DNA from: an uncultured Verrucomicrobiales bacterium
GTDB lineage: Bacteria > Verrucomicrobiota > Verrucomicrobiia > Verrucomicrobiales > DEV007
Length of the DNA: 46,609 nt
Direction of reading: 5' to 3'
Assembly (NCBI GenBank): GCA_938091905.1
Contig: CALKOM010000089.1
Span: 1 to 46,609 of the forward strand
The notes under the pieces were generated by a model. The model saw only the letters and a program-made list of their open reading frames with translations. It was not told the origin of the DNA and made no database searches. The translations under genes and the position numbers were made by a program. Of this stretch, positions 1-10,072 are shown piece by piece (within the stretch, counting starts at the first letter, position 1; every line of letters starts with the position of its first letter).

Positions 1-1
1 C

Positions 2-3000
2 ATCTCATTCTGGACTAAGGCCAATGCCCAAGAGCAGTTCAATGAGAATGGCGATCCTACCAATGATCGACGCTTCTTTTCCGAAGGGGCCACCGGCAAT
101 AACAACCCACTCTTCAACATCGGCACCGCAAACGATGGGAGCAACAATGGTATCGACCTCTTTATTCGCTCCACCGGCACGACGACTCTCAATCACACCA
201 AAGGCGAACTAGAACCACTCGACGGGGTCGACTGGCACCACATCGTCTGGACTCAGAATGGCGCCGAGAGCGTCCTCTATGTCGACGGCGTGGCTGACAC
301 TGCAGACTTCAACCTCAACGCTTTCGCTCCCACAGAGCGCTTCTCCGGAGCCACGGCTGTGAACACCACCTCAATCGGTGGCATTCGCCGTGGAGCACCT
401 TCCCATTGGATCACAGGTCTAATCGACGACGTGGCCATTTGGAAACGCACCCTGAGCGCTGATGAGGTCACGGATCTCTTCACCAATGGCTTGCCCACGG
501 ATGGCGGCCCAGTGCTTCCTCTCAGCATCGAAGTGTCCGCAGACCGTCTGACCGTAGCACGAGGCGAGCCAGCGATCATCACTTGGGCAGGCAACGCCGA
601 TGCCACCTTCTCTATCGAAGGGATTGGCGATGTCTCAGCAGATTTTGGCGTGGGATCAGTAGAAGCCGCGCTCACAGAAGACACCACTTACACCGTAACC
701 GCCGCCCGAGGCGACGAGTCCATCAGTGGTTCGGTCTCAATTAAAGTCCGCGAGGGTATCGTTCCCGGCTGGTTCATCCTAGACGACTTCGACAACTGGG
801 AAGCCGGAGGACTCGCCGCCAATACGAAAGTTGGTCGCAAGGAATTCTGGACAGATCCAAGTCCAAACCCCGCGGGAATTATCAAAGACTTCGAGGGCAA
901 TCAAGTGCTTTCCATGAATGAAGAAGGTGAGGAAACCATGTTTACCCTCTTGCAGTCCCAAGAGACAAAAGACGGCGATGGACGCACCGCGTTCTTTCGC
1001 ATGAGACTCAACGGTAGTGACAATAGCTTCGCCAATTTCCGCGTCGGACTGACAAACAAATCCATGCGTGGAGACGGTTTTGGCGGGGATACTAACGGAG
1101 ACCTTGGTGGCTTCGCCATCATTCAACGGGCCGACGGCGATACGAACGGCACCATCACCACAGGAGATGGTGAAGCGAACGACTTCGAGGTTGTTCCAGA
1201 CATTTGGTACAAGGTATGGCTAGATATCACCAACAGCCCTGGCGATAGCGATGACACTATTTCCATCCATATAGCAGAGGAGGGAGGCACTCGGGTAACC
1301 ATTGCCGAGGATGTCGTGGGCGACCGTGGCAATGTCATCAATCACGACCGCTTTTACGTTGCAGCTAAGGGCGAGAACCTGGGCATCGAATCTTTCTATA
1401 TTGATGATGTTTTTGTAAGTGTCGATGGTATTTCTGACACTGATCCATTGGATACTGACGATCCCAACCTCGCGATTCGCACTCGCGGCATCTTCAATGA
1501 TGTTGACTCCAGCGGTGGTCCCTTTGTCAAGACATTGCCGATCCTCAACATTGGCCAGACGAATTCGCTCACGATCACTGGAGCCACGCTCTCAGGCGCC
1601 GACGCAGATCTCTTCACAGTGTCTGACCCGTCGGGCACCTTGGCTCCTGGCGAGCAAGGCGAGATGACAATCACCTTCACCCCTGACGGGCGAACAGGCG
1701 GTGTCCTCGCCACCCTCGAACTCGCTAGCAATGACCAAAGCAATCCAATGCTCGTCGTGGATCTCTCCTCGATTGTCCCATCGACCAATCAGTTGATCGG
1801 CCACTACCGCATGGACGAGACAAGCGGCGACGTCATGCTAGACTCCGCACTCCTCCGTCACGGCAACTACGTCGCCGTCGAAGGAGGCAATGTCGCTCTC
1901 GGAACTGACGCACTCGCTGCCGGTACCAGCGCAAACCTCAGCCGCTCGGGCGACGCCGGCGGCGGCTACGCGCAAGCCCGCCTCTCCGGAGGCAATCTCA
2001 CCTCCTTCAGTGTGAGCATGTGGGTGCAGCCCGATGACGGTCAGCAATCCAGCCTCATCGCCAAAGGCGAACAAGGAGGCTCACCAGCCTTCGCCCTTCT
2101 GTATACTGGAGGCTCCCTCTTCTGGTTCAATGATGAGCAGGAAACCACCGATCCCGTCGGCGGCTTGAGCCCTGGCGAGAAAAGCCACGTCGTCCTAGCA
2201 TACACCGACCGCAACGGCCCCGATGACGGCGCAGACAACCTTCGGATCTACATCGACGGCGTCGAAGTCCAGAGCGTCGACTCGCCACCCGCTATCGTCG
2301 ACGAGGCGCGGAACCCACTCCTCATCGGATCGTACTACGGCACCCTCAGCTTCGACGGCATCATTGATGACGTCCAAGTCTATGCCAAATCCGTGACCGC
2401 AGATGACGCCGCCTTCCTCTTCGCCAACCCAGGCGAACCCCTAGGTGAAAACGAATTGCTAGACTCTGATGACGACGGCATCACCGATACGGAAGAACGT
2501 GCCATCGGCTCAAATCCCGCCAACCCCGACTCCGACGGCGATGGACTCCTCGACGGTGCCGAGCGCGACGCGGGCACCAGCCCAATCCTAGCAGACACCG
2601 ACAACGATGGCATTTCTGATCGTTCGGAAGCCATCTACAGCACAGCCCCCACCAAAGCCGACTCCGACGATGACGGCAGCAGTGATGGTGCCGAAGTCGC
2701 CTTCGGATCCGATCCCAATGACGCAGGCAGCACCCCTACAGGGGCCGCTTTCACCGGGTTCGAACATGCCGCCCTCGGAGCCACATCCTTCGCCCACAAC
2801 GGCGTAGAACTCGGCTGGACAAGCACTGCCGGCGGCGACACCGGCGTCGCCAGCTCACTCGTGGTTGCCGAAGAGACAATCCAACTAGCCGACCAACAAA
2901 TCATGGTTCACAACGGCAGCATTGATCTGCTCACAGATGCCGTCGCCATTGACTCCGCCGCAGACGCGATCATTTCCGTCGACGCTCGGATCTTCCAGAA

Positions 3001-3580
3001 CAGCACCGGCATTGAGAACAGTGACTTCATCGATCTGTGTGTCCTCACGAGCTCAGATGGCACGAACTTCGACAACGAAATCTGCTTCCTCTCTGTTGAA
3101 GGCACCATCGATGAACCCAGCCCTGACAACCCTCGTAATGTCCTGGAAGACGTCTTCAATCCAGACGCTGCAGAATCCCCTGCCGATGGTGACTTTACTA
3201 CCCTCAGCACAAATGCTGGCGACCTCCCAGCAGGGACCACCCACGTCAAGGTCCGGATCAATGCCATGAACAACAGCGGCTCCGAATACTTCTTCTTTGA
3301 TAACATCGTCGTCAAAGGAAGCAATGGCTCCGTCGTTGCCGAACCCGTCGACCCTGGCACCAGCGGACTCGAAATCAGTGGCTTCACCATCGTCGATGGC
3401 CTCGCCACCATCACCTTCAATGGAGAAGAAGGCACCACTTACGAAATCCATCGCAGCGCTGACCTCCAAAACTTCGCCAGCCTCCAAGACGTCACCGGTG
3501 CCGCCGGTGGATCGACCACCGTCGAGGGTGTCACCACCGAAGGACTTGGCCAAGCCTACTTCCGCATCGTCGAGAAGTAA
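2..3580 (+). CDS. Large secreted/surface protein, 5'-partial: LamG-like jelly roll, Ig-like segments, second LamG domain, Ca-binding DxDxDG repeats, C-terminal beta module
   Basis: The frame of ORF 290..3580 is open back to base 2 (ISFWTKANA...DWHHIVWTQNGAESVLYVDG), so the start lies outside the window. LamG hallmarks occur twice (WHHIV...LYVDG...GLIDDVAIWKRTLS; HYRMDE...SVSMWV...RIYIDG...FDGIIDDVQVY). An ASH/Ig-like segment (ILNIGQTNSLTI...LAPGEQGEMTITFTP) lies between them. The protein ends YEIHRSADLQNF...AYFRIVEK. Confidence 0.85.
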   Translation: MSFWTKANAQEQFNENGDPTNDRRFFSEGATGNNNPLFNIGTANDGSNNGIDLFIRSTGTTTLNHTKGELEPLDGVDWHHIVWTQNGAESVLYVDGVADTADFNLNAFAPTERFSGATAVNTTSIGGIRRGAPSHWITGLIDDVAIWKRTLSADEVTDLFTNGLPTDGGPVLPLSIEVSADRLTVARGEPAIITWAGNADATFSIEGIGDVSADFGVGSVEAALTEDTTYTVTAARGDESISGSVSIKVREGIVPGWFILDDFDNWEAGGLAANTKVGRKEFWTDPSPNPAGIIKDFEGNQVLSMNEEGEETMFTLLQSQETKDGDGRTAFFRMRLNGSDNSFANFRVGLTNKSMRGDGFGGDTNGDLGGFAIIQRADGDTNGTITTGDGEANDFEVVPDIWYKVWLDITNSPGDSDDTISIHIAEEGGTRVTIAEDVVGDRGNVINHDRFYVAAKGENLGIESFYIDDVFVSVDGISDTDPLDTDDPNLAIRTRGIFNDVDSSGGPFVKTLPILNIGQTNSLTITGATLSGADADLFTVSDPSGTLAPGEQGEMTITFTPDGRTGGVLATLELASNDQSNPMLVVDLSSIVPSTNQLIGHYRMDETSGDVMLDSALLRHGNYVAVEGGNVALGTDALAAGTSANLSRSGDAGGGYAQARLSGGNLTSFSVSMWVQPDDGQQSSLIAKGEQGGSPAFALLYTGGSLFWFNDEQETTDPVGGLSPGEKSHVVLAYTDRNGPDDGADNLRIYIDGVEVQSVDSPPAIVDEARNPLLIGSYYGTLSFDGIIDDVQVYAKSVTADDAAFLFANPGEPLGENELLDSDDDGITDTEERAIGSNPANPDSDGDGLLDGAERDAGTSPILADTDNDGISDRSEAIYSTAPTKADSDDDGSSDGAEVAFGSDPNDAGSTPTGAAFTGFEHAALGATSFAHNGVELGWTSTAGGDTGVASSLVVAEETIQLADQQIMVHNGSIDLLTDAVAIDSAADAIISVDARIFQNSTGIENSDFIDLCVLTSSDGTNFDNEICFLSVEGTIDEPSPDNPRNVLEDVFNPDAAESPADGDFTTLSTNAGDLPAGTTHVKVRINAMNNSGSEYFFFDNIVVKGSNGSVVAEPVDPGTSGLEISGFTIVDGLATITFNGEEGTTYEIHRSADLQNFASLQDVTGAAGGSTTVEGVTTEGLGQAYFRIVEK
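2462..2730 (+). repeat. Four tandem thrombospondin type 3-like Ca-binding repeats within the surface protein
   Basis: DSDDDGITDTEE, DSDGDGLLDGAE, DTDNDGISDRSE, DSDDDGSSDGAE, each followed by a G/S-[ST]-x-P linker. Confidence 0.85.
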
Positions 3581-3609
3581 GCACTGAACACATCTAACTG
3601 ACACACGCG

Positions 3610-3637
3610 CAAGGCGGAGGGGCAACCCTCCGCCTTG
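3610..3637 (+). terminator. Probable intrinsic terminator hairpin
   Basis: Perfect 12-bp stem CAAGGCGGAGGG / CCCTCCGCCTTG with a GCAA loop, about 30 nt after the stop codon; the T-tail is weak (TTGCTTGT). Confidence 0.75.
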
Positions 3638-3678
3638 TTGCTTGTCAAAGGACTACATTCGAGTCATAAACCACTTCC

Positions 3679-4257
3679 ATGGACCACTCGAAAGTTCTCA
3701 TCATCATCGGCGACGCCAGTGAAACCCTCGACACGCTTTACCCCTTTTACCGTCTCCAAGAAGACGGCTTCACGCCCGTCGTCGCCGGCCCTGAAAAACG
3801 CCAATTTCAGATGGTCATGCACGAAGTGAAACCCGGTTGGACCATCACCAAAGAATGGGAAGGCTACACCATCGAAGCCGATGTCGCCTTTGATGAAATT
3901 CAGCCCAGCGACTACGTTGGCATCATGTTCAGTGGCGGACGCGCTCCCGAATACATCCGCGACCATCCCGACCTCATTCGCATCACTCAGTGGTTCTTCG
4001 ATCACAAAAAGCCCATTGCCAGTGTCTGCCACGGGGTCGAAATCCCCGCGCGAGCCGACCGCGTCAAAGGACGCAAAATGGCCACAGTGCCAAAGTGTCA
4101 GTTCGATCTCGAAATTTGCGGTGGCACCTTCGTCAATGAAGCCTGCGTCATCGACAATAACCTCATTTCTGGACGCACCTACCATGACAATGGCCAATAT
4201 GTCAGGCCTTGGATCGACCTCCTCATCGCTGAACGTGAAAAGCTCCAGAACTCATGA
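3679..4257 (+). CDS. DJ-1/PfpI family protein (class I glutamine amidotransferase-like)
   Basis: SGGRAPEYIR and nucleophile elbow ASVCHG; 192 aa. Confidence 0.9.
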   Translation: MDHSKVLIIIGDASETLDTLYPFYRLQEDGFTPVVAGPEKRQFQMVMHEVKPGWTITKEWEGYTIEADVAFDEIQPSDYVGIMFSGGRAPEYIRDHPDLIRITQWFFDHKKPIASVCHGVEIPARADRVKGRKMATVPKCQFDLEICGGTFVNEACVIDNNLISGRTYHDNGQYVRPWIDLLIAEREKLQNS

Positions 4258-5162
4258 ACCGAAGAAGAGCTTGCCAACTTTTTGGGCTAACCACCGCCAG
4301 CGCACTCCACGCAAACGAGAAGGAAACCTTTCAACTCCGCTACCTGCTCTCCTCCGCAATGTACGGAGAGATGTCTCTAGCAGAGATCCTACCAGAAATA
4401 GCCAAGACCGGCAGCCACGGACTCGATCTCTGGTGTCGCCCCCACGGCAATCAGCGCGAGCAGATCGACGACATGGGCCATGAAAAAGCGCTATCGCTCT
4501 TCCAAAAACACCACGCAAAACCCACCATCTTCACACGCTACGGCCTCGGCCCCTTCGGCCTCGCACCAGAAATGCCCATCGCAAAGAAATTCGGCGCCAA
4601 AATCCTCCTGTGCGGAAGCCAAGGCCCCTCAGAACCTACCGGACAAGAAGCCAAAGCCGCCATCAAAGGCTTCCTTGAAAAGATGAAGCCACACGTCGCC
4701 GCCGCTGAAGAGCACGGGCTCACCATCGCCATTGAGAACCACAGCAAACAGCCACTCTACCACCCGGATGCGCTTCGCTACTTTGCCGAGTTCAATCAGT
4801 CACTCCATCTCGGTATCGCCCTAGCATTCCATCACCTTTACAAATTCACCCCAGAGATCCCCGCGCTCATTCGCGATCTTGGAGATTCACAGATTCCCTT
4901 CATCTACTTTCAAGAGCATTCCGAAGGCATCTCCAAAAAGGCGCCGAAAGAAATCGAGATGCAACAAATGCCAGGCTTTGGCGGCGGGCTCGACTACAAA
5001 CCGATCGTCAAAGCCCTAAAAGAGATCAACTACACGGGCTACTGCGAAATCTTCATGCACCCAGTCCCGCGCGGCGTGCCCATTCTCCCCTCCAGCCCGG
5101 AGATCACCGCCGCCATCAACAAGTCCCGCGCCTACATCGAGGCATGTCTATCAGAGGCCTAA
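4254..5162 (+). CDS. Sugar phosphate isomerase/epimerase (xylose isomerase-like TIM barrel), probable Tat substrate
   Basis: N-terminus MNRRRACQLFG...ALHA; motifs IAIENH, GLDYKPIVKALKEINYTG; ATGA overlap with the upstream stop. Confidence 0.85.
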   Translation: MNRRRACQLFGLTTASALHANEKETFQLRYLLSSAMYGEMSLAEILPEIAKTGSHGLDLWCRPHGNQREQIDDMGHEKALSLFQKHHAKPTIFTRYGLGPFGLAPEMPIAKKFGAKILLCGSQGPSEPTGQEAKAAIKGFLEKMKPHVAAAEEHGLTIAIENHSKQPLYHPDALRYFAEFNQSLHLGIALAFHHLYKFTPEIPALIRDLGDSQIPFIYFQEHSEGISKKAPKEIEMQQMPGFGGGLDYKPIVKALKEINYTGYCEIFMHPVPRGVPILPSSPEITAAINKSRAYIEACLSEA

Positions 5163-7024
5163 TTCTCCTGCCACTTCTGCTAGCCGTTCAAGGCCTCGCC
5201 GCAGAAGACCTACGCCACCTGACCAGCGAACTCGGCTGCACCGCCTGCCACCAGGCCCCTTCGGCCGAAACTTATCTCCAACCGAAACGAGGCCCCATCC
5301 TCGACGCTGTCGGAAGCCGACTAAAACCAGATTGGATCCGCGCCTTCCTAGCAGATCCCAGCAACACGACCATGCCAAACATGGTCGCGCACCTACCAGA
5401 AGCAGAGCAGCAAGAAACCATCGAGAACCTCACCCACTACCTGCTCAGTGATGGCGGCAAAAAGCCTACCACTCCCAGCAATGCCCACCCCATAGGCGGC
5501 GCACAACTTCACAAAACCATCGGCTGCGCCGCCTGCCACGGTGGCGACCCGCCCGATCTCTCACAGAAATACACCTTCGGCTCGCTCACCCACTTCCTCC
5601 TGGATCCTCTCGCCACCCGCCCAGACGGACGCATGCCCGCCATGCATCTCAGCCGAGATGAAGCCGCCGACATCGCCGCCTACTGGCTAGACTTGAAACC
5701 GCAGGCAACAAAACCTGACCGCAGCTCCCCATTCCAGGTCGACGCCAGCCGCGCAACCGCCGGCAAAGCCGCCTTCGAAAGCCTTCAATGCGCCGCCTGC
5801 CACACACGAAAAGGCACGAAAACACCACCCCTAGCAAAGAGCATATTCACCCCAGCACCAGACTGTCAAGGCCCGCCACGCTACAACCTGACCACCGCTC
5901 AGAAAGCTACACTAACAACCACCGACACCCCTCTCCCCTTCGACCCACACACTCGCCTCCAGGCCAACCTAGAAGCCTTTAAATGCAATGCCTGCCACGA
6001 AAGCGACGACCCAAATCTCTTCACCGGAGACCCGCTCCTCGGCGATGCCGGCCGATTCCCACCCACGCTCACGGACGCTGGTCGCAAACTACGTCCCACC
6101 TGGATCACGCAAGTGCTAGAGGGCAAGAAACGCTATCGAGCCTACCTAGACACCCGCATGCCGCTTTACGACATGGCCAATGTCGGACATCTCCCAGACC
6201 TATTCGCACAAGCCCATCAAGCACCAGAAATCACCCACCCACCCGAGAACCACTTAACAGAAGGCCATCAACTCGTCGGAACCTCAGGCGGCATGGGCTG
6301 CATCACCTGTCACGCTTGGCAAGAGAACCTTGGCGTTGCCATGCATGGCCCGTCCATTTCAGCTATCGGAGAGCGACTCCACTTCGATTGGTTCAAAGCC
6401 TACCTCATCGATCCACAGCGCATACGACCCAACACCCTCATGCCAAGCTTCTGGCCCGAAGGTAAGAGCGGCAACCCAAACGTCCTCGATGGCAACACCA
6501 ACCAACAGATCGCAGCCATCTGGACCTTTCTCAACAAAGGCACCGAAACGCCTGCAGGGATCCCCAATCCCGGCTCGCAAGAGTTCGAAATCCTCCCCGC
6601 AGACAAGCCCATCGTCCAACGCGGATTCATGCATCACGGCACCCGACTGCACACCTCAGCCATTGCTGTCGGCTTTCCTAACAAAACAAACTTCCTCTAC
6701 GACGCCGCCACTTCCAGGCCTATTGTAGCCTGGAAAGGCCGTTTCCTCGACGGCTACCCACTCTGGTTCTCCCGCATGGATCCCAGCGTCACCCTACCAG
6801 AACACGCCATGCCCATCCCCGCCGCTGGGCCAGACGCCAAATCACCCCGACGATTCAAAGGATACCGCTTCGACCCAAACTCAGGCCTTCCCACCTTCCT
6901 ATCCGAAACCGAAACTTCCCTGATCGAAGAACAGATCCATCCCGACCTACAACGCACTCTCATCATCACCCAGCGAGATAAACCCAACACCCGCCAGGAG
7001 TTCCAATCTCAGATCAAGCTATGA
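5144..7024 (+). CDS. Periplasmic pentaheme c-type cytochrome
   Basis: Signal peptide; five CxxCH motifs (CTACH, CAACH, CAACH, CNACH, CITCH), several followed by GP-x-L and MP motifs typical of class I cytochrome c domains. Confidence 0.88.
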   Translation: MSIRGLILLPLLLAVQGLAAEDLRHLTSELGCTACHQAPSAETYLQPKRGPILDAVGSRLKPDWIRAFLADPSNTTMPNMVAHLPEAEQQETIENLTHYLLSDGGKKPTTPSNAHPIGGAQLHKTIGCAACHGGDPPDLSQKYTFGSLTHFLLDPLATRPDGRMPAMHLSRDEAADIAAYWLDLKPQATKPDRSSPFQVDASRATAGKAAFESLQCAACHTRKGTKTPPLAKSIFTPAPDCQGPPRYNLTTAQKATLTTTDTPLPFDPHTRLQANLEAFKCNACHESDDPNLFTGDPLLGDAGRFPPTLTDAGRKLRPTWITQVLEGKKRYRAYLDTRMPLYDMANVGHLPDLFAQAHQAPEITHPPENHLTEGHQLVGTSGGMGCITCHAWQENLGVAMHGPSISAIGERLHFDWFKAYLIDPQRIRPNTLMPSFWPEGKSGNPNVLDGNTNQQIAAIWTFLNKGTETPAGIPNPGSQEFEILPADKPIVQRGFMHHGTRLHTSAIAVGFPNKTNFLYDAATSRPIVAWKGRFLDGYPLWFSRMDPSVTLPEHAMPIPAAGPDAKSPRRFKGYRFDPNSGLPTFLSETETSLIEEQIHPDLQRTLIITQRDKPNTRQEFQSQIKL

Positions 7025-8517
7025 GAGCCCTCCTCCTCGTCTTACTCAGCCTCGTAAGCGCCCTCGCCGCAGACCCGTTCTACAGAGTCGTCGACATCGC
7101 CTCATCTAACACAAAGCAACACTCCCGCGATCCAGATTGGAAACCCGGCCAGAAGCTCGCACTCGAAGTCACCGGCATCGTCCCCCTCAGCGACAACCGA
7201 CTAGCCGTCACCATTCGCAAAGGAGAAATCTGGACCCTCCACGACGTCTACGCTGAAAATCCCAGCAAGATCACCTACACCCGATTCGCCTCAGGCCTAG
7301 ACGAACCCCTCGGCCTGTTAGCCGATGGCCAAGACCTCCTCACCGTCCAACGCAGCGAACTCACCCGGCTCCGAGACACTAATCGGGACAATATCGCCGA
7401 CGAGTATCTCACCGTCGCCAGTGGTTGGAATGTCAGTGGCGCCTACCACGGCTACGCCTACGGCCCCGCGCGGGACCGCGACGGCAACTTCTGGGTCACC
7501 CTGAACCTCGATCTCGGCAAGCTTTCTGACAACGACAAACCATGGCGCGGTTGGGCCCTGCGTATCTCGCCTGACGGAAACACCATCACCCCCATGGCAG
7601 CCGGCCTACGCTCCCCTTGTGGGCTCGGCAGCAACGCAGCAGGCGACATCTTTGCTACCGATCAGCAAGGCAATTGGATCCCAACAAACACGCTTCTGCA
7701 TCTCCGTGAGGGTGCTTTCTTTGGCAACCCAGATGGCATGGCGCCTGCATCATCACCAGGGTCTCCCGTAGCCCCGCTAACTGACGGCGTCGATTATGCT
7801 GGGAAGCCCTTCCCTGAGGCGCTGACATTCCTGCCACAACTTCGTGCTCCCGCCGTATGGTTTCCTTATAACAAAATCGGACAGAGTCGAACCGGACTCA
7901 TCCTAGACGACACAGGCGGGAAGTTCGGTCCATTCAAAGGTCAGTTCTTTGTCGGAGAATTTACCCAAAGCAAGATCGGGCGTGTCTTTCTCGAGAAGAT
8001 CGATGGCGAGTATCAAGGCGCCTGCTTTCCCTTCTTCGAAGGATTTCCAGCAGCAGTTATGAGCCTAGCATTCGGTCGTGACGGCTCGCTCTTTGTCGGC
8101 ATGACAAATCGCGGATGGTCGTCTGTCGGCGGCGGTTCCTATGGGCTGCAACGCTTAGTGTGGTCCGGAAATCTCCCTTTTGAAGCAGCGGAGATGCGTG
8201 CCAAGCCAGAAGGATTCGAACTTGTCTTCACCAAGCCCGTCGATCCCGTGACGGCATCTGATCCCAATTCATATTCGATCCGTAGTTACACTTACAGGCT
8301 ACATCAGAATTACGGCAGCGATGAAATCCTCACACAAGCCGTGCCCATAGTCGCAGCCACTGTTTCTGAGGATCGGCGCACGGTCCTGCTCACTTGTAGC
8401 GAGCTTCGACCATTCTATGTTCATGAACTCCACTACAGCGGAGTGTGCGACGAGAATGGCGGTCCTCCACGACACGACCGAGCCTATTATACGTTGAATC
8501 GCATTCCTCGTCGGTGA
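7021..8517 (+). CDS. Secreted beta-propeller protein, PVC-type / glucose-sorbosone dehydrogenase-like
   Basis: Signal peptide; FASGLDEPLGL, LRDTNRDNIADEY, AAGLRSPCGLG, TDQQGNW, GPFKGQFFVGE; ATGA overlap with the cytochrome gene. Confidence 0.72.
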   Translation: MRALLLVLLSLVSALAADPFYRVVDIASSNTKQHSRDPDWKPGQKLALEVTGIVPLSDNRLAVTIRKGEIWTLHDVYAENPSKITYTRFASGLDEPLGLLADGQDLLTVQRSELTRLRDTNRDNIADEYLTVASGWNVSGAYHGYAYGPARDRDGNFWVTLNLDLGKLSDNDKPWRGWALRISPDGNTITPMAAGLRSPCGLGSNAAGDIFATDQQGNWIPTNTLLHLREGAFFGNPDGMAPASSPGSPVAPLTDGVDYAGKPFPEALTFLPQLRAPAVWFPYNKIGQSRTGLILDDTGGKFGPFKGQFFVGEFTQSKIGRVFLEKIDGEYQGACFPFFEGFPAAVMSLAFGRDGSLFVGMTNRGWSSVGGGSYGLQRLVWSGNLPFEAAEMRAKPEGFELVFTKPVDPVTASDPNSYSIRSYTYRLHQNYGSDEILTQAVPIVAATVSEDRRTVLLTCSELRPFYVHELHYSGVCDENGGPPRHDRAYYTLNRIPRR

Positions 8518-8575
8518 CAAGTCGATACAATTTGTCCAGTTGCCCAGGGACTCGTCCTGCCCCACGCTTTTATGG

Positions 8576-10063
8576 ATGATTCGCTCCTATCTGGCCATCG
8601 TTTGCCTTGCTACGTTGGCGACAACTGATGCTCAAGACAATCCGGTCCGGACCATGAGCCTCAAAGAGTGTGTTCTCATCGCACTCCAGCAAGCCTATGA
8701 CCTCCAAATGAGCGCGTTGGACGTGAGGATTGCTTCCAGTCAAGCGCGAGGTGCAGAGGGAGCCTACGACCCCGTGCTAACGACCAGTGTCTCGTTCAGC
8801 GACACCACGGCGCCGGGAGGTTTTGACACTCGGACGGGAACCTTTGTTGATTCCCAATCCGAGACTATTCGAGGCTCAGTCGGAGTGTCAGGATTACTTC
8901 CGTCAGGGGGCACTTATTCCGTGGGCGCTTCTTTGACGAACACTGAGGGCGACAGCGGAGGCTTCCCGTTCTCCAACGCTTCTAGTCAGGGCCCGTTCAT
9001 CCAAATCCGTCAACCGTTGTTAGAGAATTTCGCCATCGATGACGCTCGTCTCAACATTCAGCTCACACGACAAAGCCTGCAGATATCTGGTTTCAACCTT
9101 CATCAATCGATGCTGAACACCATCGGCCGTGTCGAAGATGCCTACTACGATCTTGCCGCCTCTAAAGAGTCCGTCCTCGTTCAGGAAGCGGCCTTGCAGT
9201 TGGCAGAAGAACTAGCCAAAGACAATCGGAAGCGTGTCACTCTCGGAGCGTCCGCGCCACTTGAGGAAGCAGATGCACAGGCTCAAGCTGCGGCCAGTCG
9301 TGCTGCCGTAATCTCAGCCAAGCGCCTCGTCCGTGCAGCTGAGAACAACCTGAAAGGTGCCATGGTCGAGGACTATGCGCAGTGGCGGCAACTAAGCATT
9401 CTGCCAGGCAGCGCACTTTCCAGAGCCTCGTCCAGTCCTGACTTCAATGAAAGTTGGACGCTCGCTCAACAAGCTCGCCCGGATTTGTTGGCTTTTCAGG
9501 TCCAGCTAGATCAGCAGCGCCTCATTCTCCATCGCCGTGGAAACGAACTCCTTCCTCAGCTAGATCTCACTGCTACGGCAGGTCTGGCCGGAACCGCTGA
9601 TGAGCTAAACCAAGTCTACAAACAAATTCGTCGCCGCGATGCACCCTACTACTCGCTTGGACTATCACTCTCTTTACCCTTTACCAACCGCAGGGAGAAA
9701 GAGAATCTCCGTGTGGCAGAAGCTCAGACAGAACAGACCAAGCTCCGCTTTCGTCAGCTTCGTCAGACGATCATGATTCAAGTGGATGACGCCGTTTCCC
9801 AGGCCGAGACTAATTTCCACCGCCTTGCTGCCACTGCTGAAGCTCGTGAATTTGCCGAGAAAGCCCTGACCAACGAGCGTGCGAAGTTGATCCGTGGAGC
9901 CAGCACAAACTTCATTGTCCTTCAACATCAGCGCAATCTTACCGCAGCGCGCTCGGAAGAGCTTCGCAGCCTAACAGACTACAATAAGTCCCTCGCTCGC
10001 CTTCGTTTCATCGAAGGAAGCAGCCTTGGCACCTACCAAATCAATTTCACCTTCACAGACTAA
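8576..10063 (+). CDS. TolC family outer-membrane efflux channel
   Basis: Signal peptide from ATG 8576 (MIRSYLAIVCLATLA); MSLKECVLIALQ, VEDAYYDL, LLPQLDL, GASTNFIVL; two-repeat OEP pattern. Confidence 0.88.
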   Translation: MIRSYLAIVCLATLATTDAQDNPVRTMSLKECVLIALQQAYDLQMSALDVRIASSQARGAEGAYDPVLTTSVSFSDTTAPGGFDTRTGTFVDSQSETIRGSVGVSGLLPSGGTYSVGASLTNTEGDSGGFPFSNASSQGPFIQIRQPLLENFAIDDARLNIQLTRQSLQISGFNLHQSMLNTIGRVEDAYYDLAASKESVLVQEAALQLAEELAKDNRKRVTLGASAPLEEADAQAQAAASRAAVISAKRLVRAAENNLKGAMVEDYAQWRQLSILPGSALSRASSSPDFNESWTLAQQARPDLLAFQVQLDQQRLILHRRGNELLPQLDLTATAGLAGTADELNQVYKQIRRRDAPYYSLGLSLSLPFTNRREKENLRVAEAQTEQTKLRFRQLRQTIMIQVDDAVSQAETNFHRLAATAEAREFAEKALTNERAKLIRGASTNFIVLQHQRNLTAARSEELRSLTDYNKSLARLRFIEGSSLGTYQINFTFTD

Positions 10064-10072
10064 CATCTCATC

